64,000 nt of DNA from an uncultured Parachlamydiaceae bacterium (lineage in GTDB: Bacteria > Chlamydiota > Chlamydiia > Chlamydiales > Parachlamydiaceae): NCBI GenBank assembly GCA_963752155.1, contig CAVVXH010000015.1:119040-183039 (forward strand), written 5' to 3'. The notes below the pieces were generated by a model. That model searched no databases. It was not told where the DNA came from and saw only the letters and a list, made by a program, of their open reading frames with translations. Shown here in pieces: positions 39,957 to 50,288 of this stretch (positions are counted from its first letter, which is position 1; each line of letters starts with the position of its first letter). The position numbers and the translations under genes are program-made.

Positions 39957-42722
39957 TTACCAAGGCTTAACCACTCCAGTATGGATCTGAGTGGGTTTTG
40001 AAGGTGACCGATCTTCCGATTCCATTTTTAACAAAGAGGTCAAACTCTCCAACTGAGATGTAGAACCCGCATCTTTTGATTCATCTTTATAACAAGAAGA
40101 ATGCTGTGTGGTGGGATTTTTTATTTCAGTTAAAGCTTTTTCCCATTCTTGTACTGCCTTAGTTTGAATGGATAGAATTTGAGAAAGTTTTTCAGATGAA
40201 CGAAGAAGCCTATTTGCCTCAGCAGCAGCCACTCTGCCTTCATCAAAAAGCGGAAATGCGGTTGCCCAAGGAATAGCTTGGCAATGCCCTTTTTGATAAT
40301 TCACCTTTTGTTCGGCATAGACGTCAAGAGAAAATAGATTTGCAAGCTGCATAACCTCCGCTTGACTTGCTATGACGATTTCTAACCATTTAGATAAAAA
40401 TCTGGGTGAATTCTTTATTTCCAGATAGCTTTTCAATTGATTCTCAGCGTGTCTCTGTTGTTGGATCAGAGTAGTTAAAGCATGAAGGGTATTTACAGGA
40501 CGCAGGGTTCTCGCTAAAGCCAATTCAATCCACTGTAAACCATCCTGAGCCAACAGATTCGCAAGTGGAATTTGATCATCTTGACGCATTTTTACAGAGT
40601 CTTGAAAGCCCTGCTGACTTTTTTCAAGTTCTGTTTGAAAACCTGAATATCCCTCAACTTCTTTAAATGATTCATAAAGCTGATTGATTTTATCAACGCT
40701 CTCTTCACTCCATTTTCTATGCTCTAACAAACGTTGATAGGTATTGATGAGTTGCTCTAAACGAACCTTAACAACGTTGCCTCCTGCGAGTTCAACCAAA
40801 AAAGAATCGAGAACAGTTTCAGCAGAATTTGCTGCCTGAAGGGCAAGCTCAATATCTTCATTTTGTGTGGCCTTCATCATCTGTAGATATGACTTGTTGG
40901 CCTCCTGAAATAATTGAAGAATCGAGCCATCTTTAATCTTTTTTTCTTGTTCTTTCCACTCTGGAAGCCAAGCTTTTTGTTCTTCTAAAAATAAAGCACT
41001 ATAAGCAGATTTTAGCTGGCTTGACATCGAATTCCGTGCCAAAAATTGAAGCCCTTCAAGTGAATTATCCAGGCCATCCAATAATCTCAAAAAAGGCTGT
41101 AATGGATCTTCATCTTGATTCAGATCCCTTGATGTCCGTTCATAAGCCATTGATCTTTTGATTTCTGACTGCAAAGGCTCCATCTGTTCGACAGGAATTT
41201 GACTGTTAACAATTAAAGCCTGAGATAACTCCTTGAGGGCTTGTAAAGGATTTTTACTTGAAATAGAAAGGGCTTTTTTGTAATATGCCAAAGCTAAATT
41301 TCGATAAATACGAGTCTGCAAAAATTTCCAAGGGGCAGACATAGGCTGTATGGAATCAAGCTTTGAATTGACACCGTTCAACTGCTTGATCGCTTGTTCC
41401 CAAGAATTTTCGAGAAGGTATGTTGTCCCGATATTATAACGTATCACGATTTCTTGATAATCTGAAAGAGGAAACAAGAGCATTCTTTCATAAATAGCTC
41501 GTGCTTGTTCATACATCCCTGCTTCAGTATATCGTTTAGCATGCAACATTTCTGCAGGATCTTGTGCGTTTAAAGGCAACATTAAGAAAATAACTAAAAA
41601 TAGATTCTTTTTTAAAAGTCCAGGAAAGAATACTACAAAGGCTAAAGCGATCAAGGCTAGACCTATAGGAACCTGATAATAGCGATCGTAGATTAATTTG
41701 GTGCTTCCTAAGAGACTTTGTAATAGAGAATCTTGAATTTCTCGAGGATTTTTCTCGTAATAAGGAGGATCCTGCGCCATATTATCTGAAATGGCTTTAG
41801 CTAGCTCTCCTGGCGTATAGAAATTGCTATCAAAGTAGCTCCCCCGACCATTTTTGGCTATAGATTCAAGCAAACCGCTTTCCAATTTCGAATTTACAGA
41901 TTTTCCTTCATAACTGACATCTGGGACAACTCCTCCCTCTGCAGATCCCATTCCAATGGTATACACACGCAAATGATATTGTGCGGCATCCTCCACAAGT
42001 CCTGCAACTTTTGCTATCCCCTTTTGTTGTTCAGCAGCTGGGAGAGCATCGATGGCAGTATCTCCTCCGTCTGAAAGAAGGATCACAGTCCTAAGCCTAT
42101 TGCTTTCTTGATCCAAACCTTGAGCAAAATATCTTTGACGAATATCTGTCAGAGCTTCTTTAATATCGGTTCCTGGAATGTCCCCTTCATTTATTTCAAT
42201 CTGCTTTAGAGAAATGCGGACATAAATGTAGTCCAATGTTAAAGGTGAAAGTTCGGTGACTTTGGATGTAAAGGCATAGAGAGAAACAGTTTCCCCCTTT
42301 AATGTCGAAATAATCTCATCACTTATTGCCTTAGCATATTCCAATCGACTTTTTTGCAATCGAGTATCTTGTATAGCCATCGAAGCAGAAGCATCTATCA
42401 AGAAAATGATATCGTGGGCCTTCCGTTTTAATTCGATGGGTTGAGACCCCAAATTCTGAAATTTTGTTGGAAGCTTTCCCTTAGGATAGTGTCCATTTCC
42501 TACCGGCTGCATTAAAGCTATCGCACAGAGGGCTATGACGACACCAGAAAATATAGCTTTAATCGTAAATATAATTGAGGAACTTGGGTGGACAAGTTCT
42601 GAAGGAAACTGGATTTTTTTTCGATAGTTAAAAAGTTTCCACAAAAAAAATAAAGCCAGAAAACTCAATACAACTAAATAAGCCCCTTGGGGAAACTGAT
42701 AATTAAAATCGTAAGGAATCAT
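39957..42722 (-). CDS. vWA plus TPR membrane protein (BatB-like fusion)
   Basis: MIDAS DASAS, LLSDG, YTIGMG, TPR segment YNIGTTY, long helical C-terminus. Confidence 0.85.
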   Translation of the reverse strand: MIPYDFNYQFPQGAYLVVLSFLALFFLWKLFNYRKKIQFPSELVHPSSSIIFTIKAIFSGVVIALCAIALMQPVGNGHYPKGKLPTKFQNLGSQPIELKRKAHDIIFLIDASASMAIQDTRLQKSRLEYAKAISDEIISTLKGETVSLYAFTSKVTELSPLTLDYIYVRISLKQIEINEGDIPGTDIKEALTDIRQRYFAQGLDQESNRLRTVILLSDGGDTAIDALPAAEQQKGIAKVAGLVEDAAQYHLRVYTIGMGSAEGGVVPDVSYEGKSVNSKLESGLLESIAKNGRGSYFDSNFYTPGELAKAISDNMAQDPPYYEKNPREIQDSLLQSLLGSTKLIYDRYYQVPIGLALIALAFVVFFPGLLKKNLFLVIFLMLPLNAQDPAEMLHAKRYTEAGMYEQARAIYERMLLFPLSDYQEIVIRYNIGTTYLLENSWEQAIKQLNGVNSKLDSIQPMSAPWKFLQTRIYRNLALAYYKKALSISSKNPLQALKELSQALIVNSQIPVEQMEPLQSEIKRSMAYERTSRDLNQDEDPLQPFLRLLDGLDNSLEGLQFLARNSMSSQLKSAYSALFLEEQKAWLPEWKEQEKKIKDGSILQLFQEANKSYLQMMKATQNEDIELALQAANSAETVLDSFLVELAGGNVVKVRLEQLINTYQRLLEHRKWSEESVDKINQLYESFKEVEGYSGFQTELEKSQQGFQDSVKMRQDDQIPLANLLAQDGLQWIELALARTLRPVNTLHALTTLIQQQRHAENQLKSYLEIKNSPRFLSKWLEIVIASQAEVMQLANLFSLDVYAEQKVNYQKGHCQAIPWATAFPLFDEGRVAAAEANRLLRSSEKLSQILSIQTKAVQEWEKALTEIKNPTTQHSSCYKDESKDAGSTSQLESLTSLLKMESEDRSPSKPTQIHTGVVKPW

Positions 42723-43894
42723 GGAACTTTCCTCAACAAAGTACTTTCAAATAGAACTCCGAGAAATAGACACATTAAAGCAAGTCCAATCATATAAGGA
42801 GCAAGGAAGAAAGTATCATAAATTCCAGGTAACTTCTCCTTAGGAATACTATCTCTGATACTGTTAACCATTTCTTCATCGAAGGGGACAGGGCTTTTCT
42901 CTAGTTTATCAATCGCTGCATAGATGTCCGATAAATCTGTCGTACTATCTACAATGAAAAATTTTCCACCAGTCGTTTCTGCAGCTTTTTGCAATTGACG
43001 TCGATTGGCAGCATATTTTTGATTGCCCAAACTGGGCTCTACATTGACAATGTATAGATGTATTCCTTTATCTTTGATCGAAAGAGCCACTTCGCGCGGA
43101 TCGATATTGCGCCAACGGGATTCTTTATCTGCAGGATTGGGGTCCTGCAATCCATCGGTCACCAAAATGATTGCAGAACTTTTGATCTCATACGCAGGCT
43201 TACCTTTTCCAAGCAAATCGCGTGCATAATTCTGCGTAGCTTCAATAAGATTGGCTGTTTTTAAGATGGCATAACCGATTGCAGTCCCGTCTTGAGAAGG
43301 ATCACCGATGACATGGAAAGCATTTAATTTCTCTAAAAGAATTTTTCGGTCTAGAGTTAAAGGGACGAAAACATTGGCTGTGCGAGCGAATTCAACCAAT
43401 CCAATCAGATCATTAGGTCTTCCTGCTAGCCCATAATCGGGGTCTCCATTGACAAATGCTTTTGTAAACTTTTTTAAAAGATTAATTTTCGACATTCTTA
43501 CTAACTGCCCATTCGGCAAACGACTAGTGACTTCTTCTTCCATAGATCCGGAACGATCGAGGACTAAATAAATGGCAATTCCTTCTGTCGCCAAATTTTC
43601 TTGTGGGGGAAGTTGATTTTCGTGACCAGTACGTTGATGCTTAACACTCATACGTGGATCCAAAAATGCAATCAGTAAAGCTGCAAGAGCGATCAGTTTC
43701 AAAAGATGGGGTAAGGCCTGCAATCTTTCTTTCCAAGGCAATGTCGAAGAATTTAAAAAGAAAAACTTGGTTACGGTTGCAATATAAATGGTAGGACGTA
43801 AAAAAGTTCTACCATACCTATAGACTAACCAACAGAGCAGACAAAATGGAATGGCTAGCATTAAAGCAATTTTATCAATGGCAAAAGAAGTCAT
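42719..43894 (-). CDS. vWA membrane protein (BatA-like)
   Basis: EGIAIYLVLDRSGSM, PLTLD, GTAIG, LVTDG. Confidence 0.9.
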   Translation of the reverse strand: MTSFAIDKIALMLAIPFCLLCWLVYRYGRTFLRPTIYIATVTKFFFLNSSTLPWKERLQALPHLLKLIALAALLIAFLDPRMSVKHQRTGHENQLPPQENLATEGIAIYLVLDRSGSMEEEVTSRLPNGQLVRMSKINLLKKFTKAFVNGDPDYGLAGRPNDLIGLVEFARTANVFVPLTLDRKILLEKLNAFHVIGDPSQDGTAIGYAILKTANLIEATQNYARDLLGKGKPAYEIKSSAIILVTDGLQDPNPADKESRWRNIDPREVALSIKDKGIHLYIVNVEPSLGNQKYAANRRQLQKAAETTGGKFFIVDSTTDLSDIYAAIDKLEKSPVPFDEEMVNSIRDSIPKEKLPGIYDTFFLAPYMIGLALMCLFLGVLFESTLLRKVP

Positions 43895-44066
43895 CGGTTT
43901 TTCTTTAGATTGGAATCTTGTATAAATCTGATTTTTAAAATAAAGATCTATTTGTTACAATAAAAAAAGGGACCCATTATACGCCGCCATTGCGGAATTT
44001 GGAATTTGTTCGCCCCATACACGCTACTGGACAATACGATCCTAAAACTATGCATAGGAGTACTAT

Positions 44067-44265
44067 ATGAAATTCGTTTTTAACTTCATCTTTTTTTGGA
44101 ATCTTATTTTATCTGATCTTTGTTTATTTTCCTGAAGCCTTCAATACATTAGTCTCTTGGGCAAATTCGATCGTGACATTTTTAAAGGATATGTTTCATC
44201 TGATTATGGATAAGATTGGGGGTCCCACAACTCCAGTAACACCCCCAACTCCTCCTGCGACCTAA
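44067..44265 (+). CDS. Small membrane protein (65 aa) with a +1 frameshift in a T7 tract; absent from the ORF track
   Basis: RBS AGGAG; removing one T from 44091-44097 gives MKFVFNFIFFGILFYLIFVYFPEAFNTLVSWANSIVTFLKDMFHLIMDKIGGPTTPVTPPTPPAT*. Confidence 0.7.
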
Positions 44266-44377
44266 AAATAACTTATAAGTTGTGGAGTCTTCTAAAAACG
44301 GACTCTTCAACTGTTCCTTTGGAGAAGCGTAATTCTGGCGGCAAGGAAAGTAAAGCTATTCTTGGAGGAGAAGAATT

Positions 44378-45097
44378 ATGAAAATTGTGATCCTAGCAGC
44401 CGGAAAAGGTTCAAGGCTGGGTGAAACGGATCTCCCAAAACCGTTAACCCTTCTTTCTGACAATAAATCGATCCTTCGCCATCAGATTGAAAATCTCGAA
44501 CATTTTTTTTCACCAAAAGATATCTTAGTTGTTGTGGGCTATCATAAAGAATTAATCATGGACGCCTTCGATGACTTATTATTCATCTACAGCCCCCATT
44601 ATGGTCGCGAAAACACATCTAAAAGCCTTTTAAGAGCAGTCAGGAAAATTCACGAAGATCTTCTATGGCTTAATGGCGATGTCATTTTTCATCCGAGCGT
44701 CCTAGAGAAATTGATTGCTCTTAATGAAAGCTGCATGGTAGTCACAAAAGCCAAAGTTGGAGAAGAGGAAGTAAAATACATCACCGATTCCGAGGGTAAG
44801 ATCAAAGCTGTATCGAAAACAATCCCTAATGGTGAAGGAGAAGCCGTAGGGATCAATTATTTAAGCTCTGTCGATCTCACTCTTTTTCAAAAACATCTTG
44901 AAAAATGTAATGATAACGACTATTTTGAAAAAGCCTTAGAAAACTGTATTATCGACGGACTAGAACTTAAAGCATGCCCAATTGATGCAAACCTATGCAT
45001 GGAAATTGATTTTCCTAAGGATCTCGAGCAAGCAAATCACTATTTAAAGAGCTGGGGTATCGAAAATAAAAATAAAAGAGATGCTAAGAATGGGTAA
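44378..45097 (+). CDS. Nucleotidyltransferase (phosphocholine cytidylyltransferase-like)
   Basis: ILAAGKGSRL..PKPL, LNGDV, EIDFPKDL. Confidence 0.88.
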   Translation: MKIVILAAGKGSRLGETDLPKPLTLLSDNKSILRHQIENLEHFFSPKDILVVVGYHKELIMDAFDDLLFIYSPHYGRENTSKSLLRAVRKIHEDLLWLNGDVIFHPSVLEKLIALNESCMVVTKAKVGEEEVKYITDSEGKIKAVSKTIPNGEGEAVGINYLSSVDLTLFQKHLEKCNDNDYFEKALENCIIDGLELKACPIDANLCMEIDFPKDLEQANHYLKSWGIENKNKRDAKNG

Positions 45098-45270
45098 GAA
45101 AGATGCTGCGATATTAGGATATAAAGTATAGGAAAAAATTAAACGCAAAGACACGAAGGCTCAAAGAGCACAAAGAGATCTTACGTGAAGAATTTTCAAA
45201 AAAACAGGTGAATTTTATTTTACATGTAAGATCTCTTGTGCTCTTTGTGCCTTCGTGCCTTTGTGTTTAA
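45098..45270. repeat. Family B palindrome
   Basis: Between convergent genes; overlaps the phosphatase stop codon. Confidence 0.9.
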
Positions 45271-46196
45271 TCTTCCCTAGATTTCATATCCTTACCACGA
45301 AAAAGTAGCGTATTGTAAATAAATTGAAATTGCTTTACCGTTGTCACTAAACTTGCCCTTTGTAAACGCAAATCATAAATTCTTTGCGGAACATTTATCT
45401 CTTTAACCCCATCGGATTGCTCTTTTAGTAGGCTATGCGTTGTTACAAAAGTGCCAGATCTTCCAACTCCCGCAGAACAATGCACTAGAATTGGTGCACT
45501 CGAATTTTTAGAATACTCATTCACTAAATCAACAAAAGATTGAAATAATAAAAAATCAGGAACACTATAATCTGGCCAATTTTCAAGATGAAGCTGAACA
45601 ATCTTTCTTTTTTTATATTTTTTAACGTTATAGGCCCAAAAATATCTTGCAACAATTTTCTGCGATTTCGGCCCTTTCTCCAAAATTTTTTCTTCTATAA
45701 AAGAGAGAGACCATCCGAGCACTTTTTTTGGAAAATAAGTCTCTTTCCAATAAGGTGTACATCGATCATGATTGGATTCAATTGGCATACAAGCTGTTAC
45801 TATTAAAGTGCATTTTTTATAGAGAATCATTTTCCAAAAATCATGAACAGTTGCTTCAATCGGGGCCTGAGCAATAATATAATTTTGCTTTGGTGTTTTA
45901 ATATCGCTAGCACTGATGTAAAAGTCTTTAATTTCTTTGCAGCTCCGTGTTTCATCAAAAGGAAAAAATGAAGAACGATTCAAAGTCGGATTATTTTGAG
46001 CCACTTGAGTAGATTTTTTAATCTTTTCAGAAAGTTGTTCCACTTTCAGAAAAAGCTGCTTAGCTTCAAAAAAATCTTTCGAAATTAATTCCATGCGATC
46101 TAAAGAAGATTCCTTTTCAAAGAATTGAGACCCAACTAAAGGGAAAAATCGAAGGCATAGAGTAGAGAGAAGGATTATTCGAATAAAGCAATTCAT
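45267..46196 (-). CDS. Classical protein tyrosine phosphatase with signal peptide
   Basis: YIIAQAP, DFWKMI, WPD loop, VHCSAGVGRSG; hydrophobic N-terminus. Confidence 0.92.
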   Translation of the reverse strand: MNCFIRIILLSTLCLRFFPLVGSQFFEKESSLDRMELISKDFFEAKQLFLKVEQLSEKIKKSTQVAQNNPTLNRSSFFPFDETRSCKEIKDFYISASDIKTPKQNYIIAQAPIEATVHDFWKMILYKKCTLIVTACMPIESNHDRCTPYWKETYFPKKVLGWSLSFIEEKILEKGPKSQKIVARYFWAYNVKKYKKRKIVQLHLENWPDYSVPDFLLFQSFVDLVNEYSKNSSAPILVHCSAGVGRSGTFVTTHSLLKEQSDGVKEINVPQRIYDLRLQRASLVTTVKQFQFIYNTLLFRGKDMKSRED

Positions 46197-46280
46197 TTTT
46201 TTCCTTTTTAGGTTGAACAATTTATTTTTTTATATGTACCAGAAATATTTTTATTTGAAAAGATCATAATTTATAACAAC

Positions 46281-46433
46281 AGTAGTCCCCGCTAAAAATA
46301 AAGAATGGCTGAGCGAGGGCTGTCAGCAGGTTCAGTTTGCGACGAATTCGTAGCCTTAGCTACGGATGAGGAGCAAAATGAACCTGATGGCAGTCCGCAG
46401 CCAGCCATTCTTTATTTTTAGCGGGAACTGCTG
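46281..46433. repeat. Palindrome with family F-like ends and a family G-like core
   Basis: CCCGCTAAAAATAAAGAATGGCTG / CAGCCATTCTTTATTTTTAGCGGG; centre TTTGCGACGA..GTAGCCTTAGCTAC..GAGGAGCAAA. Confidence 0.88.
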
Positions 46434-46434
46434 T

Positions 46435-46630
46435 TTATGACAAAAAATCACTGATGTCGATGATTCTATAGAAATAATTGCTGGCATAAACAGACTCGCT
46501 GACATCCCCTAAATGAAATAATACAGGAATTTTCTTGAATGATTTAAATCCCACCAAGCTTTTAAATATCCAAGAAAATTCGGAATTTGTACCTAACTGT
46601 GTTGCTGTTTTAGATAAACAAGAAATTTGG
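46435..46630 (-). pseudogene. Internally deleted remnant of a paralog of the 6875-8303 ATPase
   Basis: PNFLGYLKAWWD (cf. SNFLGYLKTEWD) and, in another frame, IPVLFHLGDVSESVYASNYFYRIIDISDFLS* (cf. RPILIHVNGVTQGVVESGIFDKIIDFNEFLQ*). Confidence 0.75.
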
Positions 46631-46709
46631 CTAAAACCCAAAAGCTTACAAATAATATTTTTTAATATACTCAGTAAATTTCAAGAGTATTTAAATTAGT
46701 ATTTTTGCA

Positions 46710-46955
46710 TCCATGTAGTCTAAACCACTGCGTGAAATCGTAATAACCAAAAAATTGCGCAAATTTCTTAGCTGTTACGATATCAAGCAGTGGTTTAGAC
46801 TATTTAGAGGGCTCGTGGCTACACTCAACATCGGAATGATGAGCTACAATTTGCGCGTACTTTACCCCTAAGATCCCCCTTGTGCTCTTTGTGCCTTCGT
46901 GCCTTTGTGTTTAATTTTTCCTATACTTATACCCTAATATCGCAACATCTTTCTT
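46710..46955. repeat. Family A element followed by a family B right arm
   Basis: A at 46710-46856; B arm at 46880-46955. Confidence 0.88.
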
Positions 46956-46961
46956 TCACTC

Positions 46962-47495
46962 TTAAAGAAAACGTTCCATAAAAATACGACCACTATAAAC
47001 ACCGTTATCTTTGATCCAATGTGTTTGCCTTCCAAACTCTTCAAAACCAAATCGACGATACAGTCGAATAGCTGGATTTTCGGCATAAACAGTCAAATGT
47101 AGCAATTCTATATGAAAATTCTCTTTTGCCAATTGCATTAAGCTTGTAAGTAGCATACTGCCTATCCCCTTACCACGATGCTCATTACCGACGATAATGC
47201 CAAATTCAGTTTGATGAGCCAACTTTCGGTAAGGCTGAAGATACAACGTTGTTAAACCGCAGGGCACTCCATTGACCACAGCAGTTAAACTGCATTTGTA
47301 ACGGCAAAAGCTAATCCAACGACCAACAGCATCCTCGACTTCAACTTCATCATACATTGGAAACCAGCGTCCAACCTCTGGCTCTAACAACCATTTTTTT
47401 AAGTATTTGGCGTCACCTGGCTCTGTATAACGAATTTCGACGGGGGGTAATCCCGAAGCTTCATTTGCTTGACTTGTTTGTTGTTCTTGTCCCAT
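46962..47495 (-). CDS. GNAT N-acetyltransferase
   Basis: HRGKGIGS, ENPAIRLYRRFGF. Confidence 0.9.
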   Translation of the reverse strand: MGQEQQTSQANEASGLPPVEIRYTEPGDAKYLKKWLLEPEVGRWFPMYDEVEVEDAVGRWISFCRYKCSLTAVVNGVPCGLTTLYLQPYRKLAHQTEFGIIVGNEHRGKGIGSMLLTSLMQLAKENFHIELLHLTVYAENPAIRLYRRFGFEEFGRQTHWIKDNGVYSGRIFMERFL

Positions 47496-47498
47496 AGC

Positions 47499-48600
47499 TT
47501 ATTTGCCCTCCGATTCTTTTAAAAAAGCATTGACAAATAGATCAATATCGCCATCCATAACAGCACTTACATTCCCCACCTCCACACCCGTACGAGTGTC
47601 TTTGACGAGAGTATAGGGTTGAAAAACATAATTACGAATCTGGCTTCCCCAGGCGATCTCTTTCTTCTCATCGCTAAGAGCCTCAAGCCCTTTTTTGCGC
47701 TCTTGCAACTGCAAATCATACAATTTAGACTTCAACATCTTCATACAGTATTCTCGGTTCTGTATTTGGCTTCGCTGGCTTTGCGAAGATACGACAATCC
47801 CTGTCTTTAAATGTGTGATGCGTACTGCTGAATCTGTCTTATTGACGTGTTGTCCCCCAGCTCCTGAAGCGCGGTAAGTGTCAACACGCAGATCCTCAGG
47901 CCGCACCTCGACCTTAATATCATCGCTAACCTCTGGAGTCACATCCACCGAGGCAAAGCTAGTATGCCTTTTTGCATTTGCATCAAATGGGGAGATCCTC
48001 ACTAGACGATGAACACCCTTTTCCGACTTAGCATACCCATAAGCAAACTCTCCACTGAACTTAATGGTTGTACTTTTCATGCCGGCCACATCCCCATCCA
48101 CCACATCGACCACTTCAAAAGTCCAGCCTTTTTTGACAGCCCAACGCTGATACATCCTTGCCAACATCGATACCCAATCGCAAGCTTCTGTGCCTCCAGC
48201 CCCAGCATTTATACTTAAAAAGCAATTGCAAGTATCCATTTCTCCCGACAACATACGACGCACTTCAAGATCGGCAAGAGTTGAATCAATCGCTCGCAAC
48301 TCTTGAAGCAATTCTTGAATAAGGGCTTCGTCGCCACACTCTTCGGCTTCAGGTAAAAGCTCCTTTGCATCCTCTAATCTTCTTTTGAGGCTTCTATAAG
48401 GCGCAACCCAAATCTTCAAATGATTAGATTCTGCAATAACCCGTTGTGCTCTAGCATTATCTTCCCAAAAAGTAGGGGCTTCCATTAAGGTTTCTAATTC
48501 TTTGATTCTGACTTCTTTTGAAGCTAAGTCAAAGATACCTCGACATATGGAGGAGTCTTTCATCGATATTTTTTATTTTAGTTTGCGTCTCTAAATTCAT
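47499..48600 (-). CDS. prfB: Peptide chain release factor 2 with programmed +1 frameshift
   Basis: ATG 48600, 23 codons to AGG TAT CTT TGA C (48540-48528); SPF and GGQ motifs. Confidence 0.97.
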
Positions 48601-48728
48601 TTCAATATCCTTTATAGTTGTTAAATTTTATTTTAACCTTTCTTAAATAAAAGGTCAAAAATTTCCATTGCAACTTAAACCATATCTGAAGTAAAAATAA
48701 TTTGCACTAGAAATATGAGGTTGAGTCA

Positions 48729-50186
48729 ATGAGTATTTCGTATGAAAAGCTTCTTTCAAATTCCGTGCCAATTGTGGCAGAAAGTCGACAAGCCTATCAT
48801 TTTATCACCGAAAGACATCTCCAAGCAATTTGGTTAGAACAAAAGTATTTTAAAGATCTGAAGACTTGTTCGGGCGAAACCATCGAGGTGCTGTCTCCAG
48901 GAATATGGAACCTCGATGCAGGACCAGACTTTCGCAAAGCTCATCTAATAATTGGTGAAAAGATCTATTTTGGAGATGTAGAAATACATCTGTCAGATGA
49001 ATCTTGGCAACAACATCAACACCATGTCGATTCTCGTTACGATCAAGTCATCTTGCATATTTCACTTTGGCAATCCCGTCATCCACATGTGCTTACTACA
49101 TCGAATAATAAACCTTTCTTTCAGGTCTATCTTGAAGGCTTTTTAACAGTTCCAACGGCTCGGTTGTGTCAACTTATTGACCTAGACCTCTATCCCTATA
49201 AACAATTTACTGGAAGTGGACGTTGTGCTCAGGAGCTCTTCAAAGAACTTCCCTCCGAATCTGTTTCAGCTTTATTTGAAAAAGCTGCCGACTGGAGACT
49301 CTCTCGCAAAAGAGAATTTCTGGCAGAGCGACTCCCCTCGCAAAAAGAATATGCTGGAGCCGGTATTTCGATGGCATTGGGGTACAAAAATAATAGCGAG
49401 CAATTTCTAGCACTCTTTCAAGAGATGTACGGAAGGACTTTTACTAACGAAGAAGCCACTTTTGGATGGTTGTTAGGAAAATGTGGATTTTTTTCCCCTT
49501 ATTTTAATCAAAAATGGGGAAAGAGCACTTACTATCAAAATCTACAACAATCACATTTTGTTCAAGAGACACATTCCTGCAAACAAATCAAATTACATTT
49601 GACCCAAATTCGCCCTCTGAATCATCCTGTGAGGCGCTTAGTTGTATTAGCTAAATTACATCAAGACAAAAATCTATCTGAATTGCTTCCAAGAATATTT
49701 GAAGAATGGAAGTTGCAATGGCCTTCATACGCTAAGCAAAACAAATGGAAAAAGCTATTGGACCTTTTTAAAAGTGTGTTACCTTCTTATGAGGATCCTT
49801 ATTGGAACTTCCATTATCTTTTTGAAGATCAACCTCGCAGTGAATTTCTTCCTCTGATAGGAGAAAATCTAAAGCAGGAAATAGTCATCAATCTCTTTTT
49901 ACCTTTAATTGATGGCGAAATTGAGCAGCGGGGTGATCCAGAGGAAATAAGAGCCTTCCAGCATCTTTATAGGTCTTTGGCTCCCTCTAAAACGGGTAAA
50001 AGCAGCTATTTGGTGCATCGTTTTTTTGGCGACTCACAAAAAGGAACATTACTGCATAATGCTTATGCCGAACAAGGAGCCTATCAACTGCACTATGATT
50101 TCTGTTCTCATTTTGAAGCAAGTTGCGAAGGGTGCCCTTTTGTTGAACGTTATAAACAGCATTGTACCGTGCCTGTACAGCCTTGA
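48729..50186 (+). CDS. DUF2851-family protein
   Basis: ERHLQAIW, PG.WN.DAGPDF, GDVEIH...W..H.H..D..Y..VILH, RP.NHP.RRL, terminal Cys cluster. Confidence 0.8.
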   Translation: MSISYEKLLSNSVPIVAESRQAYHFITERHLQAIWLEQKYFKDLKTCSGETIEVLSPGIWNLDAGPDFRKAHLIIGEKIYFGDVEIHLSDESWQQHQHHVDSRYDQVILHISLWQSRHPHVLTTSNNKPFFQVYLEGFLTVPTARLCQLIDLDLYPYKQFTGSGRCAQELFKELPSESVSALFEKAADWRLSRKREFLAERLPSQKEYAGAGISMALGYKNNSEQFLALFQEMYGRTFTNEEATFGWLLGKCGFFSPYFNQKWGKSTYYQNLQQSHFVQETHSCKQIKLHLTQIRPLNHPVRRLVVLAKLHQDKNLSELLPRIFEEWKLQWPSYAKQNKWKKLLDLFKSVLPSYEDPYWNFHYLFEDQPRSEFLPLIGENLKQEIVINLFLPLIDGEIEQRGDPEEIRAFQHLYRSLAPSKTGKSSYLVHRFFGDSQKGTLLHNAYAEQGAYQLHYDFCSHFEASCEGCPFVERYKQHCTVPVQP

Positions 50187-50247
50187 TCGAGTAGGGGGTA
50201 GCCGTAGGCTCGATCAAACAAGATATACCAGGCTCAGTCATAAACTT
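50074..50247 (+). repeat. Direct repeat copy 1 (174 bp)
   Basis: Matches 50958-51130 except one substitution and one 1-nt indel. Confidence 0.95.
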
Positions 50248-50288
50248 GGATTTTGTGACCGAGCCTGGTATAATCAATTCTTAAGAAA

